Of a DNA stretch of 64,000 nt, positions 1 through 12,243 are shown in pieces (position 1 is the stretch's first letter; each line of letters begins with the position of its first letter). Where the stretch lies: assembly GCA_951406725.2 (NCBI GenBank), contig OX597826.1:50034001-50098000 (forward strand). The letters run 5' to 3'. The DNA is from Octopus vulgaris (Eukaryota). The notes beneath the pieces are model-generated. The model was given only the letters and a program-made list of their open reading frames with translations. It ran no database searches and was not told the DNA's origin. The translations under genes and the position numbers were made by a program.

Positions 1-41
1 ATATATTAGATATATATATATATATCACATGCATAAGTGTT

Positions 42-110
<69 letters not shown>

Positions 111-1104
111 ATTTGTGTCTATCTTTGTCCCCCACCACTCTTGACAACTGGTACTGGTGTGTTAAGGTCCTGCGACTTAGTTGTTCAGTAAAAGCGACTG
201 ATAGAATAACCAGGCTTTAAGAGAATGATACCTAGATTCTACAAGACGATACCCCAGCTTGGCTGCTGCCAAAAGGCTGTTACAGGTAAAAGATAAATGT
301 ATATATATATATATATATATATATATGAGTGTGTGTGTGTATGTGTGTATATATGTGTACACATGTACACATAAATATAATTACATGTAGATATATATCT
401 TTCAATATGCATGTATACACTGCATACACACAGAAACATGTGCATGCATACATACATACATGCATACATACATAGAACTGTATACACAATGACACTCGTG
501 ATTTTTAAGAATTATATTTTAAAGCTTTAGAAAATCCATACAAATGTTTGATCCACTTGTGATATTTTTAATTTCATTACTCTCAAGCGTCATAAATAAT
601 GTGATTAATAGTGTGTGTGTGTGTGAGTGTGAGTCTTTGTATGTGTGTGTGTGTATGCATGTGTGTGTGTGTGTGTGTTTCTAAATTTTGGGATTGAATT
701 TTTAAAAAGTTTTGCGCCAGGAATTCTATATTTCATCTCCTGTGAACAACAAAATCAGATTTGTCAGTCTCTCTATCAAATCTATCTACCTATCCATCTA
801 TCTATCTATATCTATCTATCTATATCTATGTATCTATCTATCTGTCTATTTGTCTAACTGTCTGTTTATCTATCTATTTATATCTAAATATATGTGTGTA
901 TGTGTGCGTCTGTATGTGTGTCTGTTGGTCTGTTAGACTCAGTTTATCTATATATTTACCTACCCAACACTCTCTTTCTCTGTATATATATATATGCTTA
1001 TATACCTATATATTAACATATAAATATATATACATACATATATATACAGGTGTATAAATATATAAATATATATACATATATAAATATATATATATGTATG
1101 TATG

Positions 1105-1197
<93 letters not shown>

Positions 1198-1238
1198 CAT
1201 GGACAGTGCCTCGGTCCCTGAATTCTTTCCCTTTCTCC

Positions 1239-1271
<33 letters not shown>

Positions 1272-1902
1272 ATATATATATATATACATACATGTATGTA
1301 TATACATGTATATATGTATATATATTGGTATAGCGCAAACACATTGTTACATTAACCTCAACGAACTGACAGGGATTTGATGCTTGTCAGCAGTAATTAG
1401 TCCAAAGCTAGAAAATAATTAAAAATGTATATCAAAAACAGATAGCAAAACAAACACACACACACACACACACACACACATGCATATATGTATATGTGTG
1501 TATAAACGCGTATGCATTTTCACATATAGTGATACGCATATATTCAAATGAGAAGAATATTAAAATGTGAGTAAATAAAGGCTGGACCTGTACGCAGATG
1601 TTGTTATTGTTGTGTGGAGATAAACAGAGCAATGTGTATTATGAAAAGAAATTAGTCAAGATGACAGATTTGCTGGAAGACAAGCCGACTCATTTTCCTT
1701 AATGAATCAGTTTGGTTCGACAATAGTTAGCCAGAATCTGCATCGCAATTAGAGCTGACTTTGTTTGGTTTTGAAGCGAAACAAAAATAAATAGATGGAC
1801 ACACACGCACACACACGCACACACCCACGCATGCACACAAACACACACACACACAGACAGACACACACACACACATGTACACACACACACTCACACACAC
1901 AT

Positions 1903-1944
<42 letters not shown>

Positions 1945-2124
1945 GAGTGAGGAGATTTACGTCATGAGCAGACGGATATATACATATACATATATATGTA
2001 TATATGCAAGTATGCGCATGTATGTATATGTATACATACGCATATATATACTCATACATAAATACATCCATATATATATATATATACATAAATATATATA
2101 TCTTTATATATATATATATATCTT

Positions 2125-2156
<32 letters not shown>

Positions 2157-2297
2157 CATATATATACATAAATATATATATATTTGTATATTCATAAATA
2201 TATATACACACACACATACATATGTATGTGTGTGCGTGTGCGCGTATGTATACATGTATGCATTATATATATATACATATACTTGTATATACCTAAA

Positions 2298-2348
<51 letters not shown>

Positions 2349-2718
2349 AGGATGGGATGCCTATATATGAGCGTGCATGTTTGTATAAACATGTACGAAT
2401 TTATGTGTCACGACTTTGTCCATAGGAGTATGTGTAAGTTTGCAGTTGGACAGATGCGCGTAGGTGAGTGTCGGTTCGTAAAGAAGACACGAATATATGT
2501 GCATGTGTAGGTGTGTTTCTGTATGTATGTATGTATATGCGAATATGAGAACCTCTACGTAGCTATATCTGTGTCATTAGAAGGGATCTGGGTATTCGTA
2601 TGTAAGTGTTATTTCAAAGTGTACATACATTTATTTGCGTCTGTAAGTATATGTGTGTAGGAGTGGTTGTGTGTGTGTGTGTGTATCTGTGTGTGTGTCT
2701 CTGTGTGTGTGTCTGTGT

Positions 2719-2802
<84 letters not shown>

Positions 2803-3129
2803 CTATTGGGTTGCAAGAATAGACAAATATTTAAGAAAGAAAACATCACAAAACAAAACAAAACTATAATTGATAGCGTAATTATTTTCTTTAGTAAACC
2901 TTAAATGTTGGGAAATACAGCTGGCAAAACTTTAAGGCAAAAAAAAAGGCCCCGAACACTGCATATCATAACAGTTGAACTTCCGCTTCAGTCTTTGAGA
3001 TTTGCTGACTTTTCATAACGTCACAAGAACAAACAAGGAATATCTCTGCTTCATTTCATCTTTGACAACACAAATGACAACAAAAAAACACACCCACACA
3101 AACACTGCCAACACGTGATGCATGAGGAT

Positions 3130-3205
<76 letters not shown>

Positions 3206-3363
3206 GCATACACTCACACACATATGTATATGAATTTGTGCATATTTATATTAGTAAAGCAATTAAAATGTGTATAAATGATGTAAGTATATTATATTGT
3301 TATACACACACATTCATATGAAGATATATACAAGAGGGAGCTTATATCAGACATATGAAGATA

Positions 3364-3420
<57 letters not shown>

Positions 3421-3541
3421 TAATAAGGGTAGAAATTGATATTAATCAATTAAAACCAGTGGCCCAGCATATTAAAAAATCCGAAGATTAAAATATTTTT
3501 ACATACAAAATTTAAAGGACTGACCACTAAAAGTGGACGGT

Positions 3542-3580
<39 letters not shown>

Positions 3581-3853
3581 CATACGTACATACACATATA
3601 TATATATATATATCGAGGGGTGTATGTATATACACCCACACACATTTACATATATATCGAAAAATGTATATATGTGTATGTGTGCATATGCATGTATGAG
3701 AATTTGTGTGTGTGTGCGATTTTGTGTTTATATGGTTATTTTAATCAAACACATTGACGAATACTTATTGACAGATAGATACATACATGCATACATAGAT
3801 AAATACATACAAAGATAAAAGTATGCGTGTTTGTGTGTTTGCGTGTGTGTGTG

Positions 3854-3884
<31 letters not shown>

Positions 3885-3974
3885 TTATGTATGTATTTAC
3901 GAATGCATGTATGTATTTATCAGCCTGAAACAATGTATGTATTTACATGACGTATGAAGAATATATTTGAAAAT

Positions 3975-4200
3975 ATTGGTTTCAAATTTTAGCACAAGGC
4001 CAGCAATTTCAGGGGAAGGAAATATGTCGATTACGTCGACCCCAGTGCTTAACCGCTGCTTCTTTTATCGATCCCGAAAGAAAGAAAAAGCAAGGCCGAC
4101 CTCGGAGGAATTTGAACTCAGAAGTTAAAGACAGGCGAAATGCCGCTAAGTATTTTGTCCAGTGTGTTAACGAGTCTGCTAGCTCGCTGGACTTGCCGTT
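3975..4200 (-). mobile_element. tRNA-derived SINE family A, tail type 1
   Basis: Reverse complement matches the body at 4371-4540 (B-box-like gagttcaaattcc; central domain around cctttcggggtcgataaa..agtaccag, here diverged) and ends in gctggccttgtgc.aaaatttgaaaccaat. Further copies or fragments at about 7790-7920, 13290-13435, 13655-13868, 13880-14015, 17175-17398, 23310-23500, 53800-53970 and 54775-54965 (all minus). Confidence 0.85.
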
Positions 4201-4369
4201 AATATCAACATATTCAATTGAGTGCACAGTGTGTTAACAAGCATCAACGAAAGCGAAACGCATCTGTCGTTCTCATGAATCACTGCAGCAACAATGTTCA
4301 TCTTGCTCTGATAACACAAAGCCACTCGATTACTCCAGAACTCTCCAAGAGGAAACCGGTATTCGATAT

Positions 4370-4602
4370 AAGGCGGCGAGCTGGCAGAAACGTTAGCACG
4401 CCGGGCGAAATTTTTAGCAGTATTTCGTCTGCCGTTACGTTCTGAGTTCAAATTCCGCCGAGGTCGACTTTGCCTTTCATCCTTTCGGGGTCGATAAATT
4501 AAGTACCAGTTACACACTGGGGTCGATGTAATCGACTTAATACCTATGTCTGTCCTTGTTTGTCCCCTCTGTGTTTAGCCCCTTGTGGGTAATAAAGAAA
4601 TA
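4370..4602 (+). mobile_element. SINE family A, full length, tail type 2, 12-bp target-site duplication
   Basis: A-box-like tggcagaaacgttag and B-box-like gagttcaaattcc. The central domain resembles the Meta/MESC SINE domain (from memory). Flanked by ggtattcgatat at 4358-4369 and 4603-4614. Confidence 0.9.
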
Positions 4603-4620
4603 GGTATTCGATATTTCGGT

Positions 4621-4853
4621 TAGGGCAGCGAGCTGCAGAAACGTTAGCACGCCGGGCGAAATGCTTAGCGGTATTTCGTCTGCCGTTACGTTGTGAGTTC
4701 AAATTCCGCCGAGGTCGACTTTGCCTTTCATCCTTTCGGGGTCGATAAATTAAGTACCAGTTACGCACTGGGGTCTATGTAATCGACTTAATCCCTTTGT
4801 CTGTCCTTGTTTGTTCCCTCTGTGTTTAGCCCCTTGTGAGTAGTAAAGAAATA
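4621..4853 (+). mobile_element. SINE family A, full length, tail type 2, 15-bp target-site duplication
   Basis: Second copy of the same SINE, flanked by ggtattcgatatttc at 4603-4617 and 4854-4868. Confidence 0.9.
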
Positions 4854-5178
4854 GGTATTCGATATTTCAATCAATATGCTCCGCTTATTTATAATAGCTG
4901 GGTGTAGACAAGGGGTTAACTTTACCGCCAAAACTTCTAACAATGCACAAGATATTCCACAGACAATTTACGCTTTATCCTTGCAGTGCACACGAAGGAA
5001 TATGACAGACATATTGAAGGTACGAAGTTTATTCAGAAACAGGTTAGACATCGAGAGCTGCCTCTTGGTCAATACATATTAACGTCATTGTTTGCCTTCG
5101 TGTCCTTGCCGATCATATTTATATGTAAATACGAAATGCAGTATACAAACCTGGTCATACATGCAATACCACCGCGCG

Positions 5179-5239
<61 letters not shown>

Positions 5240-5244
<5 letters not shown>

Positions 5245-5635
5245 CAGTATCAGCCGGCGTTGCTCGGGTTTGTTTCGACCCTTTAGAATTGGAATTTTTG
5301 AAAAGAAAAAATTTTGCATTATGTAGCTTGTTATTCTCTTTAAGTGAACATTTTTCTGGTTGAAATACACCGAAAAATGGCGACACAGCAGTCAAAAAAT
5401 CGTAAAAAATAGGGATTTTCATAGAAAAAAAGCACCTTTTTGATGTAAATAATTTTTGGTGTTAACATGGTCCGATTTGAATTTTTTTTTCCTAAGGAAG
5501 GAAGAGCAAACCTTCTATCATACTCTCAATTTTGGTCAACTTGCGCCACAGGGTCTCAGAGGAGATAGTGTCAGTTGAAGGCTACCAAACCTGCCATACA
5601 CAGACAAATTCAGCTTTATACATATATATATATAG
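5240..5635 (+). mobile_element. Non-autonomous Helentron/Helitron-like element (HINE/DINE-1 type)
   Basis: Starts actagc..gccggcgttgctcggg (subterminal hairpin) and ends acacagac..ttcagctttata..tatag, the layout typical of DINE-1/Lep1-like elements. Confidence 0.55.
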
Positions 5636-5942
5636 GAAAGAGGATTTGAAAATGCAGATGTCTTTTAAAGATGTTTATTGACATAACTGGTTTCACTTTT
5701 TAAAAAAAAGATTTTCAAAAGTAAAATGTAAAGGTTTGTGTAGCCTTTGTTGTGTTAAAAAATGGTTATCATAGTTGTATTAATATACAGTTATACAACT
5801 ATGAAAACCATTTTTTAACACAACAAAGGCTACACAAAGCCTTACATTTTACTTTTGAAAATCTTCTTTTAAAAAAGTGAAACCGGTCAAGTCAACAAAC
5901 ATCTTTAAAAGACCTCTGCATTTTCAAATCCTCTTTACTATA
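5631..5942. repeat. Long inverted repeat (about 150-bp arms, about 12-nt spacer), probable inverted pair of Penelope-type terminal repeats
   Basis: 5631-5780 is the reverse complement of 5793-5942 with scattered mismatches. Flanked by TA-rich DNA; each arm holds a hammerhead-like motif. Confidence 0.9.
5851..5892 (+). ncRNA. Minimal type-I hammerhead-like motif (U3/A8 variant core, GUC site)
   Basis: actt | ttgaaaa | A/T-rich stem II | gaaac-cggt (palindromic ACCGGU) | c | aagt. Stem I actt/aagt. Confidence 0.55.
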
Positions 5943-5953
5943 TATTTTCACTC

Positions 5954-5992
<39 letters not shown>

Positions 5993-5994
<2 letters not shown>

Positions 5995-6634
5995 AGGAGG
6001 TACCCAAAAGAAACTGGAATTTTGGAATATTATTTTATTATTTTATTCACTTAGTTTTATATGTTTACACTTTTATTGCTCCATTTGGAGCAATGCATCG
6101 GTCAAGACGCGTTTTCCACAATTTTCAAAGCAGTGCTGGAACACTTGAGAAGTGATGCCTTTTAACGCCTCCGTTGTTTTTTTCCTTCACCTCTTCCACA
6201 TCTGCAAATTCGGTAGCACCAGCTTTCATTGCCAGTGATGACCTTGGAAAAAAGGTACGGGTCAGCTTCAGCTTCAAGTGACAAGTGACAATTCCTAAAG
6301 CATGAAAACCATTCGTAAACTTGTTTGCTCAAGACGGCGTCTTTGTAAGCTGTTTGAAGCATGACAACTGTTTTCGTCGCCGTTTTCCCCAGCAGGAAAC
6401 AGAATTTCACGGAAGCACATTGTCCCTTCGTTTCAGCCATCGCAAAAATCGACGAACAGAGGAGAAGTACAGCAAAACAAAAACGCACCACGTGACAGTA
6501 TGACTGCAGACGACAACGCCGGTCGACAGACTGATGCCTGAGGGTTGAATCAAGCGGATCCTAGCGGTGGAAGCCTGAACTACAACGGGTTTGTCCCACA
6601 GACAACGTTTCCGGTTACTTTTGAGTACTCCTCG
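5993..6634 (-). mobile_element. Internally deleted mariner transposon with both TIRs
   Basis: TIRs cgaggaggtacccaaaagaaactggaa and ttccggttacttttgagtactcctcg lie in (TA)n. The minus-strand peptide VKFCFLLGKTATKTVVMLQTAYK..VYEWFSCFRN (mariner N-terminal HTH) is fused to SKVITGNESWCY (the ITGDESW first-catalytic-D region). Confidence 0.9.
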
Positions 6635-6697
<63 letters not shown>

Positions 6698-6822
6698 TTA
6701 AAGGGCATCTATACACATGTATTAGAATTTTCTCTGATTTTTCAGATTTTTGTATGCTGGGCTACTGGTTTTAAATTGATATTAATTGAATTAATATTAA
6801 ATTTATCTCCCTCATTATTTAA

Positions 6823-6904
<82 letters not shown>

Positions 6905-6910
<6 letters not shown>

Positions 6911-7140
6911 AGCCAAGGTAGAAAATGCTAATATAATTTTTTTTTAATTTTTCAATACCTGGTTTCGGTCATTGAGACTTTTTCAACTGTAAGTATGGAA
7001 AACAATTAAATTTTGAAAAAAATTAAATTTTGGAAAAATTAAATGAAAAGTTTTTTAAAAAGAATATTTGCATAGTATTCAAATACAAGGGCCATTTTCC
7101 TTGTTTCTGCTTGTCTCTGTTTCTCTTGTTTATTCTTCAG
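6905..7140 (-). mobile_element. Penelope-type terminal fragment with degenerate hammerhead-like motif (6953-6989)
   Basis: Reverse complement reads cag|ttgaaaa|a-gtc-tcaat-gac-c|gaaac-caggt|a|ttg. Confidence 0.45.
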
Positions 7141-7461
7141 TCACCAGAGTCCGTCCATGCTAGAGCGCCGCATTGAAGGGCATTGTCGAACACATCGTCC
7201 TCAGTATTTATTTTAAGTTATGGAAACCTAAACCAACACCGGTTGTCAAGCGGTGGTGAGAAACAAACACAGACACACACGCACAAGACACACACACACA
7301 CACGCGCACAAACATACATTGAATATATATGATGGGTTTCTTTCAGTTTCCATTCCCACGGCTTTGGTCTGTCCGGTGCTATATTAGAAGAGACCTGTTG
7401 AAGTTACCACTTTTGGGACAAATTTCCACACACCCGCGCCTGTGGATCCTATTATAACTTT

Positions 7462-7501
<40 letters not shown>

Positions 7502-7579
7502 CTTCTTCTTCATCTTCCTGTTGTTTCATGTAATTCGATTCTACAAGTTTTGCATCATTCTTTAAAGCTTTCCGCTATT

Positions 7580-7770
7580 GTCGTTCCATTTTAACGGAGG
7601 ATTTCTGTATGCGGAGAGTGTCGGCGAAATTCGTCCTCAAGGTGCTGGCGGAGCAGCAGAAACCACTCCATATCGAAATCACTCAGGGACATGCTGGACT
7701 GTGCAAGCCACGACTCAGACTTCATGAAGACCATTTATCACTGGTGATAAGATACGGTTTTATGGTGTCT
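7580..7770 (+). mobile_element. Mariner transposase fragment (frameshifted)
   Basis: ILTED..MRRVSAKFVLKVL.EQQK followed by a frameshifted ITGD-like motif (atcactggtgat). Confidence 0.8.
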
Positions 7771-7924
7771 GCTCCATGCGTTCGGTCATCTAACACAAGG
7801 CCAGCAACTTCCTGGAAGGGAGTAAGTCGACTACATCGACTCAAGAAGTGCTCAAAAGGATGAATAGCAAAGTCAACCTCAGCAGTATTGAACTCAGAAC
7901 GATTCTGCCAGCTCGTCGACTCAA

Positions 7925-8257
<333 letters not shown>

Positions 8258-8742
8258 GATCCTAACTGATTGGAAGTGTTATCATGTACATTGTTTTGTC
8301 TTGGTATAAAAGATGGGCTACAGCAAATATCCTGCTCAATACCACAGATTTGCTTGTCAGTTGTTTGACCATAACCAGCTGAGCATGTCCCTTAGTGGCT
8401 GACGATATGTGCATCTCTGATCACGAGCAGAAGTAGTTGGGGAGCATCATAGCCATGTGTTGAGAGGGATTCTTTGGGGCTTTCGTTCAACATCCTTAAA
8501 CAAACCTTATGCAGGGAGCTTTTGAGAGGGACGGGCTACTCAACTTGAAGAAAATTCTAACTGAGCCCCACCTGCAAGGTCATGTGCTGTTTATCTTAGT
8601 ATAAGATCACCGTGTCGCGCACATACGGTTGTGATGCATGTGTCTAGTGTACCCGTATCGGACGGGTAGTCTTGGTGGTTATGCTGGGCCTCGTATATTT
8701 TACCCCGATGGCACTTTGATGGCATGCACTGGTCTCTCACTC
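8258..8742 (+). mobile_element. LINE-like 3' end with (AAT)n-type tail, copy 1 (possibly R4/Dong 3' UTR)
   Basis: Highly similar to 54206-54720 apart from a roughly 30-bp deletion; embedded in AAT/AAC repeats. The R4/Dong assignment is inferred only from the known TAA-repeat association of Dong. Confidence 0.65.
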
Positions 8743-8963
8743 AATAACAACAACAACAACAACAATAATAATAATCCTTTCAACTAATGGCACAAAGCCT
8801 GAACTTTGGGGGGAGGTACCAAGTCGATTACATCAATTTTTTTTTATAATTACAACAGGTACAAACAAGGCCATGTTAGTAAAAGGATAGGGAATCACAC
8901 ACACACATATATATACACTGACGTAAATACAAACGCATTCGTGTATGTAAATACTTACATATG

Positions 8964-9039
<76 letters not shown>

Positions 9040-9163
9040 ATATACACATATACGCACAGTTACTTAAAAGTATTTATGTATCGAGTCTTGTTAAAGCTTT
9101 ATTCATGTACGCGTGCTGGTATCCCATCAGTGGAGGAGGAAAGAGTAGAGGAAAGAAAACCCT

Positions 9164-9199
<36 letters not shown>

Positions 9200-10017
9200 A
9201 ACAAAAATAAACAGGCAAAAACAAACCCAGCCCCTTCAACATCTAATCTAACCCTTCAATTATTTCTCCCTAGCTTTTCCAAGAGCACTTTTGTTCATTA
9301 CCACATGTTTGTTGGCAATTCTACTCGAGAAGACTCTACGCTCTCTTCAAGGTATCAGTAGGTGGTAAGGGAGAAGAAGATTCTCGTGAAATTTAACCCT
9401 GATGTTTCTTCATCACGTAAAACGAATAGATATAAGCATTTAACCTTTCAATATATGTCAGCTGATCTTTCCAATCTTTTTTTCTTTTGCTTGTATTAAT
9501 TTTTTTGTATTGTCTTGTTAGTTTCATTTGTTTCAGTTGCTTTTGGTTGTTTTTCTCCTTTTTTTTTCCTGCTTTTATTGTTATTTTTTTAACTTCAGGC
9601 AAACGAGAGCGTTTAACTAGTTGCTGTAGACATCTGTCAACAGAGTCATTGGCAATATAATAAGACCTTGCTCATACTTACCCTCATATCTTATACCTTA
9701 TCCTTTTCCTCATTCTTACCTCATCTCTCTCTCAGTTCCGCCACCCTTCCACCCGCTATTCTACTTCATCATCGGCATAAACACCCAACCACCATATTTT
9801 TTTTTGTTTGTTTTATTCTTTTGTTCTTTTGTTCTTCACTTTCATCTTTAATGACGAATGGTAGTAATTAGTAAGAGAAAGAAGAGACGTAGGCGGGTGA
9901 AGAGGAAAACGAGGAGTGCGTGCGTGTCTGCGAATAACTGTATGTGCGTGTGAGTGAGTGAGTGAGTGAGTGAGTGAGTGAATGAGTGTGGTTGTGTGTG
10001 GTTGTGCTTGTGTGTGG

Positions 10018-10085
<68 letters not shown>

Positions 10086-10159
10086 TTGTGCGTGTTGAGG
10101 ATATCTGGTGAAAAACGTGAGATTGTGTTTGAAGAAGGTGGAGAGGAAGTGCTCTTACG

Positions 10160-10350
10160 AGAGAGACGGAGAGAGAGATGGAGAGAAAGAGAGAGATGGA
10201 GAGAAAGAGAGAGATGGAGAGAAGAGAGAGATGGAGAGAAAGAGAGAGATGGAGAGAAAGAGAGAAATGGAGAGAAAGAGAGAGATGGAGAGAAATAGAG
10301 AGATGGAGAGAAAGAGAGAGATGGAGAGAAAGAGAGAGAGAAGAGAAGAT
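10160..10350. repeat. About 18-bp purine minisatellite (gagagagatggagagaaa)n
   Basis: Roughly ten visible units. Confidence 0.9.
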
Positions 10351-10436
10351 GGATGTGAGAATAAAAAGATTAAGAATGGATAATTTCTCCCTTAAAACAA
10401 AGTTTTTAAAAAAAAAACAAATAAAAAGAAAGAAAC

Positions 10437-10497
<61 letters not shown>

Positions 10498-10909
10498 AGG
10501 AAGAGGATGGAAGAAGAGATATATAATATAAGGTGCGGAATATTAGCAAAACAAATGTGAAATAAACACGCACGCATACACGTACATACATACATACATA
10601 CATACATACATAAATATGTAAATATATGTATGTATGTATGCATGTATTCATATATATGAATACATGCGTATATGGAAACACACACGTACTCACGTAAGAT
10701 TTTGTAATGTATAGTGTATTAGATACGACTACAACTCAGGAAAAGAAAACATAGTATGCTTATATAGGGTTTTATTGTAGTTGATGGAAGGTTTCATAAT
10801 GCACAATGATTAGAAGTTTCGTTTCGGGCGACGATCTTCAGATTGTCACCATACATGTACGTATGACGCACACACGCGCACATACCACACACACACATAC
10901 ACATATATA

Positions 10910-11016
<107 letters not shown>

Positions 11017-11918
11017 GTTTTATTTATTATTTTGCACATTACTTAATCATCGTTATATTTTTTATCTTATATTTAATCTTTCTATTATATGTAATTTTCT
11101 AGATAGTATAATTTAATTTTTCATTATTGAATTGATAAAAGGTGTTATTTTTGTAATTTATATATATATATATTATATTTTGTGAAATTTGATTTAGTAT
11201 TTCTAAATTGAATTTTTCCCTGTAAGTTGGGAATAATATTCCCTCATATTATTATTATCTCGGCCTTACAGGCCAAGCTTAATATCAAAATTATTATTAT
11301 TATTATTATATATGTCCATATATATATGGCAAGCCACGGGACCCAGCCTCTGATGGTGATGTCAGGTTGCCGTCATCATTTGTTCAAGACAGATAGAGAA
11401 GCAGATAAATAGATGAAGAGGAAGGGAAGAACCAACCACAATAGAAGACTGGTGCTTTATTTACCTATCCCGAAAGGAGGAGAGTCAAAGTTGATATCTT
11501 GGCATATGAGCTCAAGTCGCAGCAACGAATATCGCAAACAAATCCATCCGACGCTTTAACTACTAAACAAAAAGTTAACTAACTAACTAATTTGGGGGGA
11601 ATGAAAGGCCTTAAAATGATATTTAACGAATTCACAAACTCACATATAACATCCGAAGGCACGTCTTTTTTCCTCTGACGTTAGTATCCTCGTGTCGCAT
11701 AAATGTATTTAATTTAATGTTTGTTGAGTGTTAATAGAAACGGCTGTAAGTGAAAATGACCAGTTTGCTGTTAATAATAAACAATTATTAACTTCCCAAT
11801 CTCCATTTTCTTCTTTTAAATGAATACAAAGTACATAAATATATATACAGACACATTCATGCAACATACATACATACATACATACATACATACATACATA
11901 CATACATACATACATACA

Positions 11919-11949
<31 letters not shown>

Positions 11950-12113
11950 GTACACACATACCTATGTATGCATATATATATACGATGGGCTTCTTTCAGT
12001 TTCCGTCTTTTAAAAGCTTTGGTCGGTCCTAGGCTACAGATAATTAACCCGAAACCATGCGGTTGAGAAATCTAAGCAGGAGTAGCTCATCTTCACATTA
12101 TGGGGTTTGAAGA

Positions 12114-12160
<47 letters not shown>

Positions 12161-12163
<3 letters not shown>

Positions 12164-12207
12164 TGATTCTAGTTTCAGCTCATGAGCTGTGGCCATGCTG
12201 GGGCACC

Positions 12208-12212
<5 letters not shown>
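12161..12212 (-). mobile_element. About 50-nt retro-tail fragment in (TA)n
   Basis: Reverse complement ggcggtgccccagcatggccacagctcatgagctgaaactag. Second copy at 37943-37992; related to the SINE B tail. Confidence 0.7.
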
Positions 12213-12243
<31 letters not shown>

